A DNA stretch of 64,000 nt from Oscillospiraceae bacterium. GTDB taxonomy: Bacteria > Bacteroidota > Bacteroidia > Bacteroidales > WCHB1-69. Below the pieces are notes generated by a model. The model saw nothing but the letters and a program-made list of their open reading frames with translations. It had not been told where the DNA came from and searched no databases. The stretch is taken from NCBI GenBank assembly GCA_963620035.1, contig CAVEXN010000011.1, positions 149 through 64,148 of the forward strand, given 5' to 3'. Positions 1-9,078 of this stretch are shown here, piece after piece; within the stretch, counting starts at the first letter, position 1; every line of letters begins with the position of its first letter. A program made the position numbers and the translations under genes.

Positions 1-304
1 TACTCCAATCTATTGTAGCGAATGTGCCGCTCAAGACGGAGCCCTCGCCTATGACGAGCGTCATAAGGCCATTGACATTGGTAGTGGTCCGGTGCAGTTC
101 CTGATAGACCACGTTGCCGTCAGGGTTGCCTTCTTCCATACTTTGAAGAATGCTCACCCTGACCCCTATTTGGGCATTCGGCAGCAATTGGTTTACACTG
201 TTGCGCACGACCGCCTGATAACTGATTTTCTGAGGCGGTGCATTTTGGGCGGAAAGTCCGGCCAGCGCAAAAATTAACATCAAAAAAAATAGTAGTTTCT
301 TCAT
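1..304 (-). CDS. secreted protein, N-terminal fragment (gene runs off the window start)
   Basis: ATG at 304 on the minus strand. Hand translation MKKLLFFLMLIFALAGLSA|QNAPPQKISYQAVVRNSVNQLLPNAQIGVRVSILQ... stays open to position 1. Sec-type signal peptide followed by Gln. Absent from the ORF track because no stop lies inside the window. Confidence 0.6.
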   Translation of the reverse strand, partial: MKKLLFFLMLIFALAGLSAQNAPPQKISYQAVVRNSVNQLLPNAQIGVRVSILQSMEEGNPDGNVVYQELHRTTTNVNGLMTLVIGEGSVLSGTFATIDWS

Positions 305-339
305 AATGATATATTATTTGAATTATTGTTTGTCTATGA

Positions 340-828
340 TTACATCAATGTGGTCTTCACGATTTTGAATGTCTTGAGCATCTTCTTCCCGTCATAGACC
401 TTGAGGTAATAGTTGCCCGGAGCATAGGGCGACAGGTCTATCGCCGTAGCGCTTGAATGGACAGCAATTTGTTGCACATGCTGGCCGTACGCATTAAAGA
501 GGAGGGCACGCAGCCCGTCAGGGGGCAGTTGATATTCGCCCACGTCGAGCGTCACGGCGTGTCGAGTAGGATTTGGATAGAGCGTCCACCGCAGCACAAT
601 GTCGGGATGGTCGGGCACGCCGACACCCATGATTTCAAAAGGCTGCTGCACCCCTTCGGCAAAGGAAAGCTGTTCGCCTGCCGTCGTCTGTACGGCTGGC
701 TGCCCTATCGTATAGGTCACTGTGCCGCCGTTTCCGGAAGCCGTGCCGCCCGTGGGCACAAAAGCACTCTGCCCGTATGAAAACGCCGCCGAGAGTGCGA
801 TAACTGTTATGGTTGCTATTCTCTTCAT
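340..828 (-). CDS. small T9SS cargo protein with type A (Por_Secre_tail) C-terminal sorting domain
   Basis: Track ORF 340..894 trimmed to the internal Met (MKRIATITVIALSAAFSYG|QSAF), which gives a signal peptide. The C-terminus LYPNPTRHAVTLDV...GNYYLKVYDGKKMLKTFKIVK is the typical T9SS type A CTD pattern. Mature protein is about 140 aa. Confidence 0.75.
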   Translation of the reverse strand: MKRIATITVIALSAAFSYGQSAFVPTGGTASGNGGTVTYTIGQPAVQTTAGEQLSFAEGVQQPFEIMGVGVPDHPDIVLRWTLYPNPTRHAVTLDVGEYQLPPDGLRALLFNAYGQHVQQIAVHSSATAIDLSPYAPGNYYLKVYDGKKMLKTFKIVKTTLM

Positions 829-953
829 ATCTGTGATTTTTCTGAATTGCCGTTCATTTCGTTTGAATATGCAAAGAAACAGACAATAAAACAATTTGTC
901 AATACGTAAATTTACGCATTTTTAAGCATGAAAACAAAAAAAATGGAAAACCG

Positions 954-979
954 AAAGAGCGGCAGATCAGCCGCTCTTT
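954..979 (-). terminator. rho-independent terminator candidate after the chaperone gene pair
   Basis: Perfect 10-bp stem AAAGAGCGGC / GCCGCTCTTT with 6-nt loop AGATCA. On the minus strand it is followed by a T-rich tract (cggttttccattttttttg). It lies just downstream of the stop at 1023. Confidence 0.6.
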
Positions 980-1022
980 TACAATATTATATATAGTGTC
1001 TTTTCGGGTATCGTATGCTTGG

Positions 1023-1859
1023 CTACCTTATCGCGATGCGGTCCCGTACTGCCTTGCGGTAAAGAGAATCGACATAGTTGTCAATCCTTTCGCGTTTCTT
1101 TTGGGCGGAAATCATCACTCGGGCGGTTTCCTGTTCCTCTTCGGTTTCATTGACAGAGCGTTGTTCTTTGTGGTCGAGCACAACCATCAGGTAATGAAAT
1201 CCATTTTCGTCCTTTTCCACATACTGATGTTGTTTCGCCACATTCTTCTCAACTGCAAACGGCAGTTCTGCCTGAACCTCTTCGAGATAAAGCCAGGTGC
1301 TGTCGTCAATCATATACTCCACCGAATCGCCCAACATTGCCGCAAGTTCTTGTTTCTCGGTTTTGCGTCGGCTCTCGTTGAAAAGGATATCCCTTACCGG
1401 GGCTATCAGTTTTGAATTACGTGAGAGTTTTACATAGTTGATCTTAACAATTTCGCGGTCAACGCGGTATCTGTTGTCAAACATACGGTTGAAAGACCTC
1501 ATCTCTTCGGAGGAGACATCATCTGTCGTCATTTCTTGGGCCAACTTCTGAAAATAGGAATCTATCAAAAGACTTTTTCGGCACGCTTCGAGCTGTCTTC
1601 CGAAATTTTTCTCGCGTAAAGAGAGTTTTTTCTCTGCCTCATGCAGCACCAGTTGTTCCTTGATCCAATTGTCCACGTAAGCATTGAAGAGCGACATGCT
1701 GTCTTCAGGCGACAGGCCTTCCGGTATAATGTCACAAACCTCTGAGAGATAGAGTTTGTGATAATAGACCTGCGCCACGATCCGGTCTTTTTTCTGGCAT
1801 CCGGAAGCGGACAGCAGCAATGCGGCGCAAAGAAAGAAAAAAAACTTCTTCACCTTCAC
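1023..1859 (-). CDS. SurA/PpiD-like periplasmic chaperone lipoprotein (degenerate parvulin-like)
   Basis: Track ORF 1023..1934. The likely start is GTG at 1859, overlapping the upstream TGA (GTGA), giving VKVKKFFFFLCAALLLSASG|CQKK with a lipobox. The C-terminal GFHYLMVVLDHK resembles a degenerate parvulin strand. Sits directly downstream of a PPIase gene. Confidence 0.6.
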   Translation of the reverse strand: MKVKKFFFFLCAALLLSASGCQKKDRIVAQVYYHKLYLSEVCDIIPEGLSPEDSMSLFNAYVDNWIKEQLVLHEAEKKLSLREKNFGRQLEACRKSLLIDSYFQKLAQEMTTDDVSSEEMRSFNRMFDNRYRVDREIVKINYVKLSRNSKLIAPVRDILFNESRRKTEKQELAAMLGDSVEYMIDDSTWLYLEEVQAELPFAVEKNVAKQHQYVEKDENGFHYLMVVLDHKEQRSVNETEEEQETARVMISAQKKRERIDNYVDSLYRKAVRDRIAIR

Positions 1860-3616
1860 TGCTTGTTGAAAATTGAACGGAACACCTTGTCGTCCGTTAC
1901 AACGGGATACTTGGCGCGGAGTTCGTCCAGCCATTTTTTCTCTAAGATTTCCTGATAACGGTTGATGACTACGGCCTTGACATCGTCGAGGGGCTTGTAA
2001 ACCACATTGCCGGTAGAGTCTGTTGTCTTGAACTCTTCTTTCATGTCCCGGTATAATTGTTCAAGTCCTATGCTGTCCTGGATGGCGGCGTTCCACACCT
2101 TCTGGCTGTTGATTTCATAGAGCAGCATACCGTCGTGAAATTCTTTTACAAGGTCGCGATACTCCGGGTATTTGTTTTGCAGTTGGGTTTTTTCGTACCG
2201 TAAGATGCGTTCGTTGGTAAATTTGGTGTAAAGTTGTTCCAAAAATTCGGCCATTGTTCCTTTAAGCGTTATGCCCTGATAGTGTGAGATGAATTTGGCG
2301 AATTCGACGGCAGAGATTGAGACATCGGCAAAGGAACACATCGGCTTCAGTTTCTCGATGCCTTTCAGTTCCGTAAGTTCTATCTTATCCGAGGAGAAGT
2401 AGTTGTCGGGGATGTTCTTGTTGAAGAACTTCATGGCCGCTTTTTTCCCTGATTCGTTGAAACGGTACTCTTTTTTGAGTTTCGCGATCATGGATTCTTG
2501 TCCTTTGCGGGCCCTTTCGTCGCGGGCGAGTCGGGACTTCAGCAGGTATTTCGTCTCGTCGTTCACGGAGACATACTTTATGGAATCGAGACGGAGGAAG
2601 TGCCAGCCGAGCACGGAGGGCACGGGGTCGGACACATCGCCGGGTTGCATGTGGATTGCGGCGGCCGTATAGTTGCCCGGGCGGCGTCCCGGGGCGAACG
2701 GGAGCATCTTTCCGCCCTTGTCTTTGGTGGCCTGGTCTTCAGAGAGTTCAGCGGCAAGGTTCTCGAACGAGTTTTGACCGTTGCGCAGGCGGCGGGCTAT
2801 CTCACGGACCTTGGCGAGGGCTTCGGGCGAACCTTGCGCGAGGGCGAGCGTATCGGCCACGAAAATCTGCGACACGAAGATTTGCGCCATTGCGGGCACC
2901 TTTTCGTCCACCTTGATGATATGATAGCCGAAACGGGTACGTACGGGCATCGAAATCTGGCCGGCGGGCGTGTTGTATGCCACCGTTTCAAATGGGTAAA
3001 TCATTTCAAGCACAGAAAAATAGCCGAGGTCGCCGTGGTTTCCGCGCTGCATACGGCCCGTTTGGGGGTTCACGAAATCGCGGGCGGAGGGGTCTTCCGA
3101 AAACTCGGCCGCGGCCTCGCCGAACTCCATGCCTTTCAGTATGCGGTTGCGGATCTGCAAGATCTTGTTCCAGGCCTCCAGCGTGTCCTTCGGGGAGGCG
3201 GTGGCGCTGCACTGCACGAGGATGTGCGAAGCCCTGACCTGGTACCGGAAACGGTCGTAAGCCTCGTTGAGCAGACGGTCGCTCACCTCGCTGTCCACCA
3301 GGTACTGCTGTGCCGACTGGTTGCGGTAGGAAGCCAGTTCGCGGGAAAAAGCGGCTGACGTGTCCATCTTGAGCGACTGTGCCTCCTGCACCTTCAACCG
3401 GTAGTTGATGAACAGGTCAAGATACTCGCGCAAGTCCTTTTCCGTGGCTTCGCTCAGCAGGTTGTTTTTCTGATAGGCCTTGAGGAACTCGGACTTCGTG
3501 ACAGATTCATCGCCCACCTTTACCAGAACCGGGTCGGATACTTGTGCAGAAGCGCAGAATGTGGCGGGGATAATGAGCATTGCGGCTAAAAGACGTTTCA
3601 TTTCTTGTGCAATCAT
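1856..3616 (-). CDS. peptidylprolyl isomerase, SurA/PpiD-like (parvulin domain)
   Basis: 586-aa ORF. Signal peptide MKRLLAAMLIIPATFCASA|Q (the start may be the Met at 3601). Parvulin motifs RASHILV...FGYHIIKV, plus a second degenerate one (GWHFLRLD). Confidence 0.85.
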   Translation of the reverse strand: MIAQEMKRLLAAMLIIPATFCASAQVSDPVLVKVGDESVTKSEFLKAYQKNNLLSEATEKDLREYLDLFINYRLKVQEAQSLKMDTSAAFSRELASYRNQSAQQYLVDSEVSDRLLNEAYDRFRYQVRASHILVQCSATASPKDTLEAWNKILQIRNRILKGMEFGEAAAEFSEDPSARDFVNPQTGRMQRGNHGDLGYFSVLEMIYPFETVAYNTPAGQISMPVRTRFGYHIIKVDEKVPAMAQIFVSQIFVADTLALAQGSPEALAKVREIARRLRNGQNSFENLAAELSEDQATKDKGGKMLPFAPGRRPGNYTAAAIHMQPGDVSDPVPSVLGWHFLRLDSIKYVSVNDETKYLLKSRLARDERARKGQESMIAKLKKEYRFNESGKKAAMKFFNKNIPDNYFSSDKIELTELKGIEKLKPMCSFADVSISAVEFAKFISHYQGITLKGTMAEFLEQLYTKFTNERILRYEKTQLQNKYPEYRDLVKEFHDGMLLYEINSQKVWNAAIQDSIGLEQLYRDMKEEFKTTDSTGNVVYKPLDDVKAVVINRYQEILEKKWLDELRAKYPVVTDDKVFRSIFNKQ

Positions 3617-3646
3617 AATTGTTATCTGTTCAATTCAAAAAGGTTG

Positions 3647-3654
3647 CAAAAATA
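3647..3654 (-). promoter_or_regulatory. Bacteroidetes-type -7 promoter box TATTTTTG (TAnnTTTG) for the PPIase operon
   Basis: The minus strand reads tgTATTTTTGcaacc about 31 nt upstream of the ATG at 3616, in a divergent intergenic region. Confidence 0.45.
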
Positions 3655-3780
3655 CAAAAACAATCAATGCATGCTGTCATAAAACGGCGAATCGAGCAAA
3701 ACACAGAGATAGGAAAAAGACGAGAGACCGCCTTTTTTTGCGATTGCGCCATTGACAGTCGAAGCAAAAACGTTTTTTTG

Positions 3781-3788
3781 TATCTTTG
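3781..3788 (+). promoter_or_regulatory. Bacteroidetes-type -7 promoter box TATCTTTG for the OPT transporter gene
   Basis: Matches TAnnTTTG, 41 nt upstream of the ATG at 3829. Confidence 0.4.
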
Positions 3789-3828
3789 ACGGCTTTTTTC
3801 AACGATTCTCAACCAATTTATAATCAAC

Positions 3829-5865
3829 ATGAAAGAAACAGAGAAAGAGAACAATGAGGTTGCCGGCGACATCAGGTTGCCCGACAATGCGCACCGTGAA
3901 CTGAAGGCCGGCGAAACTTACCGTCCCATACTGCGGAGCGACAGGAAGTATCCGGAGTTGAATGCCTGGACCATCACATGGGGCATCGTCATGGCCATTC
4001 TGTTCTCGGCCGCCACGGCCTATTCGGGGTTGCGGTTCGGGCAGGTGTTCGAGGCCGCCATTCCCATCGCCATCATCGCCGTAGGCGCATCCACGTTGGC
4101 AAAGCGCAAGAATCCCTTGTCGGAGAACGTGCTCATACAGTCCATCGGCGCCAGTTCCGGCGTCATAGTTGCCGGCGCCATCTTCACGCTGCCCGCCATC
4201 TACATCATCAAAGAGACCAACCCCGCTGTGGGGGCAGAGATACAGGTCAACTTTTTCCAGATATTCCTCTCCTCGCTGTTGGGCGGCTTTTTAGGCATTC
4301 TGTTTTTGATCCCGTTCCGCAAGTATTTCGTCTCCGACATGCACGGAAAGTATCCGTTCCCTGAAGCCACTGCCACCACTGAGATCATCGTGTCGGGGGC
4401 AAAAGGCGGCAATCAGGCGCGGCTGCTTTTAGTAAGCGGGCTCATCGGCGGACTTTACGACTTTCTGATGACCACGTTCCAATTCTGGGCAGACACCATC
4501 TCCACGCGTATGTGCGGCTGGGGCGAACGGCTGGCCATGAACCACAAGTTCGTCTTCAAGATGAGTGCGGAATCCATCCTGCTGGGCACGGGTTACCTCA
4601 TCGGGCTCAAGTATGCGGCGGTCATCTGTGCGGGCTCCGCCCTCTCGTGGTGGGTCATCGTTCCGCTGTTAGGACAATACGGGGCCATGGACGTCAACGG
4701 GACGATCACCTCTTTATCCACCGCCGACCCGGAGTTCCTCTTTGCCAACTATGCGCGATACATCGGTATCGGCGGCATTGCGATGGCCGGACTGCTCGGC
4801 GTGTGCAAGTCGGCCGGCGTCATCAAGAAATCGCTCGGCGTGGCATTCAAGGCCGGAAAGCAGAAGGGCGGCGCCGCTGACACCCTTCGCACCCAGCGCG
4901 ACATATCCATGAAGATCATCCTCTTCGGCTTTCTTGCCGTACTGGTCATGATGTTCCTGTTCTTCATCTTCGGCGGCATGGAAATGAACTTCAAGCAAAT
5001 AATAGTAGGATTGCTCATCGTGTTCCTGTTCGCCTTCCTGTTCACCACGGTTGCGGCCACCGCCATTGCGACGGTAGGCACCAATCCCGTGTCGGGCATG
5101 ACTATGATGACCCTGATACTCTCGTCGATCGTCTTGGCCGCAGTAGGTCTGAAAGGCGGTGCCGGCATCCTTGCGGCGTTGGTCATCGGCGGCATCGTAT
5201 GTTCCGCATTGGCTATGGCCGGCGGCTTCATCACCGACCTGAAAATCGGATACTGGATCGGCACCTCGCCGTACAAGCAAGAGGGTTTCAAATTCGTGGG
5301 GACACTGGTGTCGGCCCTGACCGTCGGCGCCGTCATCATGTTGCTGTCCAAAACCTACGGTTATACGGGCGAAGACGCTTTAGTTGCGCCGCAGGCCAAT
5401 GCCATGGCAGCCATCATCCAGCCGCTTATGTTTGACGGATCCACCCCTTGGGTGCTTTACATCATAGGCGCCGTGCTGGCCATCCTCCTCGATGTCATCG
5501 GTGTACCCGCTCTGGCATTCTCCTTGGGAATGTTCATTCCCTTGCAGCTCAATCTCCCGCTTCTGGTAGGCGGAGTGCTGGCCTGGTTCGTGAAATCAAG
5601 GAGCAAAGACGAAACCGTGAACCGCATGCGCAGCGAAAAAGGCACCCTGCTCGCTTCCGGACTGCTGGCCGGCGGCGCCATCATGGGCGTGCTCAGCGCC
5701 ATCCTCAAATACTGCGGCGTGGAACCCACATTCATGGGCGAATACATCGGCAGTCCTCTGTTCAACATCTTGTCTGTCGTCATGTTTGCCGGACTGTGCG
5801 TCTATCTTGTACTGCATGCGCTCTCGGCCGGAAAAGAGAAAAACAACCAATCTATAACCGCATAA
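3829..5865 (+). CDS. OPT family oligopeptide transporter
   Basis: 678-aa polytopic membrane protein whose length and multi-TM pattern fit bacterial OPT transporters, with many Gly/Ala-rich TM helices. The N-terminus has the family-typical ELKAGETYRPIL...ELNAWTITWGIVMAILFSAATAYSGLRFGQ. Confidence 0.8.
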   Translation: MKETEKENNEVAGDIRLPDNAHRELKAGETYRPILRSDRKYPELNAWTITWGIVMAILFSAATAYSGLRFGQVFEAAIPIAIIAVGASTLAKRKNPLSENVLIQSIGASSGVIVAGAIFTLPAIYIIKETNPAVGAEIQVNFFQIFLSSLLGGFLGILFLIPFRKYFVSDMHGKYPFPEATATTEIIVSGAKGGNQARLLLVSGLIGGLYDFLMTTFQFWADTISTRMCGWGERLAMNHKFVFKMSAESILLGTGYLIGLKYAAVICAGSALSWWVIVPLLGQYGAMDVNGTITSLSTADPEFLFANYARYIGIGGIAMAGLLGVCKSAGVIKKSLGVAFKAGKQKGGAADTLRTQRDISMKIILFGFLAVLVMMFLFFIFGGMEMNFKQIIVGLLIVFLFAFLFTTVAATAIATVGTNPVSGMTMMTLILSSIVLAAVGLKGGAGILAALVIGGIVCSALAMAGGFITDLKIGYWIGTSPYKQEGFKFVGTLVSALTVGAVIMLLSKTYGYTGEDALVAPQANAMAAIIQPLMFDGSTPWVLYIIGAVLAILLDVIGVPALAFSLGMFIPLQLNLPLLVGGVLAWFVKSRSKDETVNRMRSEKGTLLASGLLAGGAIMGVLSAILKYCGVEPTFMGEYIGSPLFNILSVVMFAGLCVYLVLHALSAGKEKNNQSITA

Positions 5866-5878
5866 AAAAACAATCATC

Positions 5879-6496
5879 ATGCATATCGCTGTAGCCGGCA
5901 ATATCGGTTCCGGGAAAACCACACTCACAGGCATGCTTGCCAAACATTACGGATGGGAACCTCTCTACGAAAGCGTGGACAACAACCCCTATCTGGCCAG
6001 TTTCTATCAAGACATGCAGCGCTGGTCGTTCAACATCCAGATTTTCTTCCTCAACAGCCGCTTCCGCCAAATCCTCGACCTCCGGAAACGGAAAAAAGAC
6101 GTCATCCAAGACCGCACCATCTATGAAGACGCTTTCATCTTCGCCCCCAACCTGCACGACATGAACCTGATGGCCACCCGTGACTTCGAGAATTACTCCT
6201 CCCTGTTCGAGCTGATGTCGCAGTTCATGCAAGCACCCGACCTGCTGATTTACCTCAAGGCAGATGTCTCGACGTTAGTGACCCAAATACTCAAGCGAGG
6301 AAGAGCCTACGAAGACTCCATCCGCCCTTCTTATCTCGAGAACCTGAACCACAAATACGACGAGTGGATTTCGAACTACAAGGACGGAAAACTGCTTGTC
6401 GTTGACGTCAACACCCTCAAGTTTGCCGAGAAACCGGAAGACTTCGGGGAAATCATCAACAAGATAGACGCCGAATTGTTCGGCCTTTTCAAATAA
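5879..6496 (+). CDS. deoxynucleoside kinase
   Basis: P-loop IAVAGNIGSGKTTL, then NPYLASFYQDMQRWSFNIQIFFLNSRF and the DRTIYED motif typical of dAK/dGK family kinases. 205 aa. Confidence 0.85.
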   Translation: MHIAVAGNIGSGKTTLTGMLAKHYGWEPLYESVDNNPYLASFYQDMQRWSFNIQIFFLNSRFRQILDLRKRKKDVIQDRTIYEDAFIFAPNLHDMNLMATRDFENYSSLFELMSQFMQAPDLLIYLKADVSTLVTQILKRGRAYEDSIRPSYLENLNHKYDEWISNYKDGKLLVVDVNTLKFAEKPEDFGEIINKIDAELFGLFK

Positions 6497-6502
6497 AGAA
6501 TA

Positions 6503-7228
6503 ATGAAACACATAGGAATAATACCGGCACGCTATGCCTCAACACGCTTTCCGGGCAAGCCTCTGGCCCTCATCGGCGGGAAGCCTATGATACAGGTGGT
6601 TTATGAACATGCACTGGAAGCCGGGCTCGACCTCGTTGCCGTAGCCACCGACGACGAGCGCATCGCCGGGTGCATACGAAAGATCGGGGGAACTGTCGTG
6701 ATGACCCGCCCCGACCACCCCTCCGGCACCGACCGCTGCGGCGAGGCTGCCGACATACTGCAATTGCTTGACGAGGATGTCGTCATCAACATACAGGGCG
6801 ACGAACCTTTCATAAGCCGCAACGAGATCGAACTGCTCGCCCGGATGTTTGAACGGCCGGAAGTTAACATAGCCACCCTTGTGAAACCTCTTGACCGGCA
6901 AGAGGCCCATAACACAAACAAAGTGAAAGTGGTCACCTCATTCCAGCAGAAAGCCCTCTATTTCAGCCGCTACCCCATCCCTTTCGTACGTGACGCACAA
7001 GACCCGTCACCGGCATACCGCCAACATCTCGGCATCTACGCCTACCGCTGCGGCACACTGCGCAAACTGGTGCGGCTGCAACCATCGCCGCTTGAGAAAA
7101 GCGAGAAACTGGAACAATTGCGTTGGATCGAAAACGATTTCGACATATTCACAGCGCTCTGCAACTATCAAGGCACAGGCATCGACACCCCGGAAGACCT
7201 GGAAAGACTGAATATGCCGAAACCTTAA
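6503..7228 (+). CDS. kdsB: 3-deoxy-manno-octulosonate cytidylyltransferase (CMP-KDO synthetase)
   Basis: IIPARYASTRFPGKPLALIGGKPMIQ, VATDDERI and NIQGDEPF motifs. 241 aa. Confidence 0.9.
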   Translation: MKHIGIIPARYASTRFPGKPLALIGGKPMIQVVYEHALEAGLDLVAVATDDERIAGCIRKIGGTVVMTRPDHPSGTDRCGEAADILQLLDEDVVINIQGDEPFISRNEIELLARMFERPEVNIATLVKPLDRQEAHNTNKVKVVTSFQQKALYFSRYPIPFVRDAQDPSPAYRQHLGIYAYRCGTLRKLVRLQPSPLEKSEKLEQLRWIENDFDIFTALCNYQGTGIDTPEDLERLNMPKP

Positions 7229-7246
7229 CCCCCCTCCCTTTACTCT

Positions 7247-8341
7247 ATGATTACCTATATTATAAAAGCCCTGCAAAGTGACGGTTCCGTGTTCATCAAC
7301 GATTTGGGGACCTTCACCACCCATTATGAACCCGCCAAGATAGACGGCGACATGTTGATACCACCTTGCTGCAAAGTAACCTTGACCCTGCAGCAAGACG
7401 AACCCGATGAAACCGGCTTCATCAACTTCCTGAGCGAAGAAAAGCAATGTATGCTCACGCAAGCCGCAAAAGACATTTCTGAATGGGTGGATAATTTGAA
7501 AAACGCACTGCAACACAACAAAAGCATCAGCTTTGACAATTTCGGCACCTTTTCCATCACCGAAAAAGGTACTATAAGATTTGTATGCGACCATATTGCA
7601 GAACTCAACCACGAATTTGAAGGTATGGAAATCGTTTCCCTCACCAAAAAAGACAAACAAGGGAAAGTTGCCGCCAACGTTGCGCCTTACCCTCAACCAG
7701 AGACTCAACCTCAACCGGAACCGGAACCGGAACCGGAACCGGAGCCTCAACCTCAACCAGAACCGGAACCAGAACCGGAACCGGTTTCTATGCAAGAGGA
7801 TGCCATCAAAGAGGAGGGCAAGACCTCTGTGCCGTCCAAGCACCGTTCACTGCATTGGCTCTTCATCCTGACCATCATCATCGCCGTGTCCGTCTTAGGA
7901 TTTCTGTTCCGGCACCAGATAATGGACACTGTTCGACGCATACAGCACAAGACAGCAGTGCCCGCAGAACCCGCCACCAACGAGAACGCAACGGACGAGA
8001 GCGAGGCTGACTATCTTTCCATAGAAGAGGAGATGACCGATGAGACGGCAGCAGTTGCAAGCGATCCGTGGAGTCCCGAAACAGTGAAAAGCACCGCCGA
8101 CGGTAATTATAACTACATCCGTTTCGAGACCGGCCATTTCTACGTCATAGCCGGCAGTCTGACCAACGAGAAAGACGCGGAACTGCACATCCGGCAAAAG
8201 GGACTTGACGCACACTCGCCTTATTTGCTGTTGCAAGACAACGTGAGCAACATCCGGGTGTGCATCGGCATATACGACAACGAGGAAGAGGCGGAAGCCT
8301 TTGCCAAAAGCATCAACCAGCACTATTGGGTACTCAAATGA
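7247..8341 (+). CDS. HU-like N-terminal domain / SPOR C-terminal domain membrane protein with a Pro-Glu/Gln repeat linker
   Basis: Two HU-CCDC81-like segments (DLGTFTTHYEPA..., FDNFGTFSITEKGTIRF), a PEPEPEPQ low-complexity linker and a TM helix (WLFILTIIIAVSVLGFLF). The C-terminal SPOR-like part reads FYVIAGSLTNEKDAELHIRQ...IRVCIGIYDNEEEAEAFA. Confidence 0.7.
   Translation: MITYIIKALQSDGSVFINDLGTFTTHYEPAKIDGDMLIPPCCKVTLTLQQDEPDETGFINFLSEEKQCMLTQAAKDISEWVDNLKNALQHNKSISFDNFGTFSITEKGTIRFVCDHIAELNHEFEGMEIVSLTKKDKQGKVAANVAPYPQPETQPQPEPEPEPEPEPQPQPEPEPEPEPVSMQEDAIKEEGKTSVPSKHRSLHWLFILTIIIAVSVLGFLFRHQIMDTVRRIQHKTAVPAEPATNENATDESEADYLSIEEEMTDETAAVASDPWSPETVKSTADGNYNYIRFETGHFYVIAGSLTNEKDAELHIRQKGLDAHSPYLLLQDNVSNIRVCIGIYDNEEEAEAFAKSINQHYWVLK
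7689..7785 (+). repeat. in-frame hexanucleotide microsatellite (CCGGAA/CCTCAA units) encoding PQPE/PEPE repeats
   Basis: Four perfect CCGGAA copies at 7715-7738 plus flanking imperfect units (ccggag, cctcaa, ccagaa). Translation is PQPETQPQPEPEPEPEPEPQPQPEPEPEPEP. Confidence 0.9.
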
Positions 8342-9078
8342 CAACAATCAAGCATCTATCATTAAAAAAACACATTCCTAACACGCTGACTTGCCTAAAC
8401 TTGGCTTGTGGCTGTCTTTCGGCAATAGCCGCCTTGGACGGGCATTTGGAGACTGCTGCCATCCTGATTATCGTTTCGTCCCTCTTCGATTTCTGCGACG
8501 GTCTTTCAGCGCGTATGCTGCATGTCACCTCGCCGATCGGCAAAGAGCTCGACTCGCTGGCCGATGTCGTCTCGTTTGGCATGGCCCCCGCCATGATATC
8601 CTACACGTGGCTGAACCGCTGTCTTTATGAAATGTCGCCGCTACTCAATTCCCCGCTGATGCAGTTGCTTCCGTTAATCGTGCTCCTGGTGCCGGCACTT
8701 TCAGCGGTGCGACTGGCCCGCTTCAACATCGACGAGAACCAGAAAGAGTCGTTCCTCGGTCTTCCCACGCCTGCAAACGCCCTCTTTCTGGGATTTCTGC
8801 CCTTGACGGCCGAGCACATTTCCTTTCTCAACAATTTCTGGGCCGTTTGGGGGTTCTGCATCGTCTTCTCTTTGCTGCTGGTGTCACGCATCTGGATGTT
8901 GTCACTCAAGTTCAAAGACTTCAAATGGCAGGGGTTGAACATTGCCCGGTACATCCTCCTCCTCATCAGCATCGTGCTCATCGTAATCTTCCATTGGGGC
9001 GCTTTTCCGCTCATCATCATGGTATATATCCTCATCTCGTTTTTCTATCACGCATTGGTAAAACTACAGATAATATGA
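8338..9078 (+). CDS. pssA: CDP-diacylglycerol--serine O-phosphatidyltransferase
   Basis: Track ORF trimmed to the ATG at 8338 (ATGA overlap with the upstream stop). CDP-alcohol phosphatidyltransferase motif DFCDGLSARMLHVTSPIGKELDSLADVVSFG. Multi-TM. Confidence 0.85.
   Translation: MTTIKHLSLKKHIPNTLTCLNLACGCLSAIAALDGHLETAAILIIVSSLFDFCDGLSARMLHVTSPIGKELDSLADVVSFGMAPAMISYTWLNRCLYEMSPLLNSPLMQLLPLIVLLVPALSAVRLARFNIDENQKESFLGLPTPANALFLGFLPLTAEHISFLNNFWAVWGFCIVFSLLLVSRIWMLSLKFKDFKWQGLNIARYILLLISIVLIVIFHWGAFPLIIMVYILISFFYHALVKLQII

Noticed and set aside
905-918. A short palindrome ACGTAAATTTACG upstream of the small T9SS cargo gene.
   Set aside because: It is a single AT-rich 13-nt palindrome with no second copy in the window, so it cannot be distinguished from chance.
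2498-3358. Long antisense ORFs opposite real genes, for example 2498..3358 (+), 7007..7843 (-), 13433..14266 (-), 37867..38781 (+), 39831..40733 (-), 45946..46896 (-) and 54309..55295 (-).
   Set aside because: Each lies entirely inside a gene with strong family motifs on the other strand. Their translations are Arg/Gly/Ala/His-rich low-complexity strings with no motifs, as expected for stop-poor antisense frames in GC-rich coding DNA.
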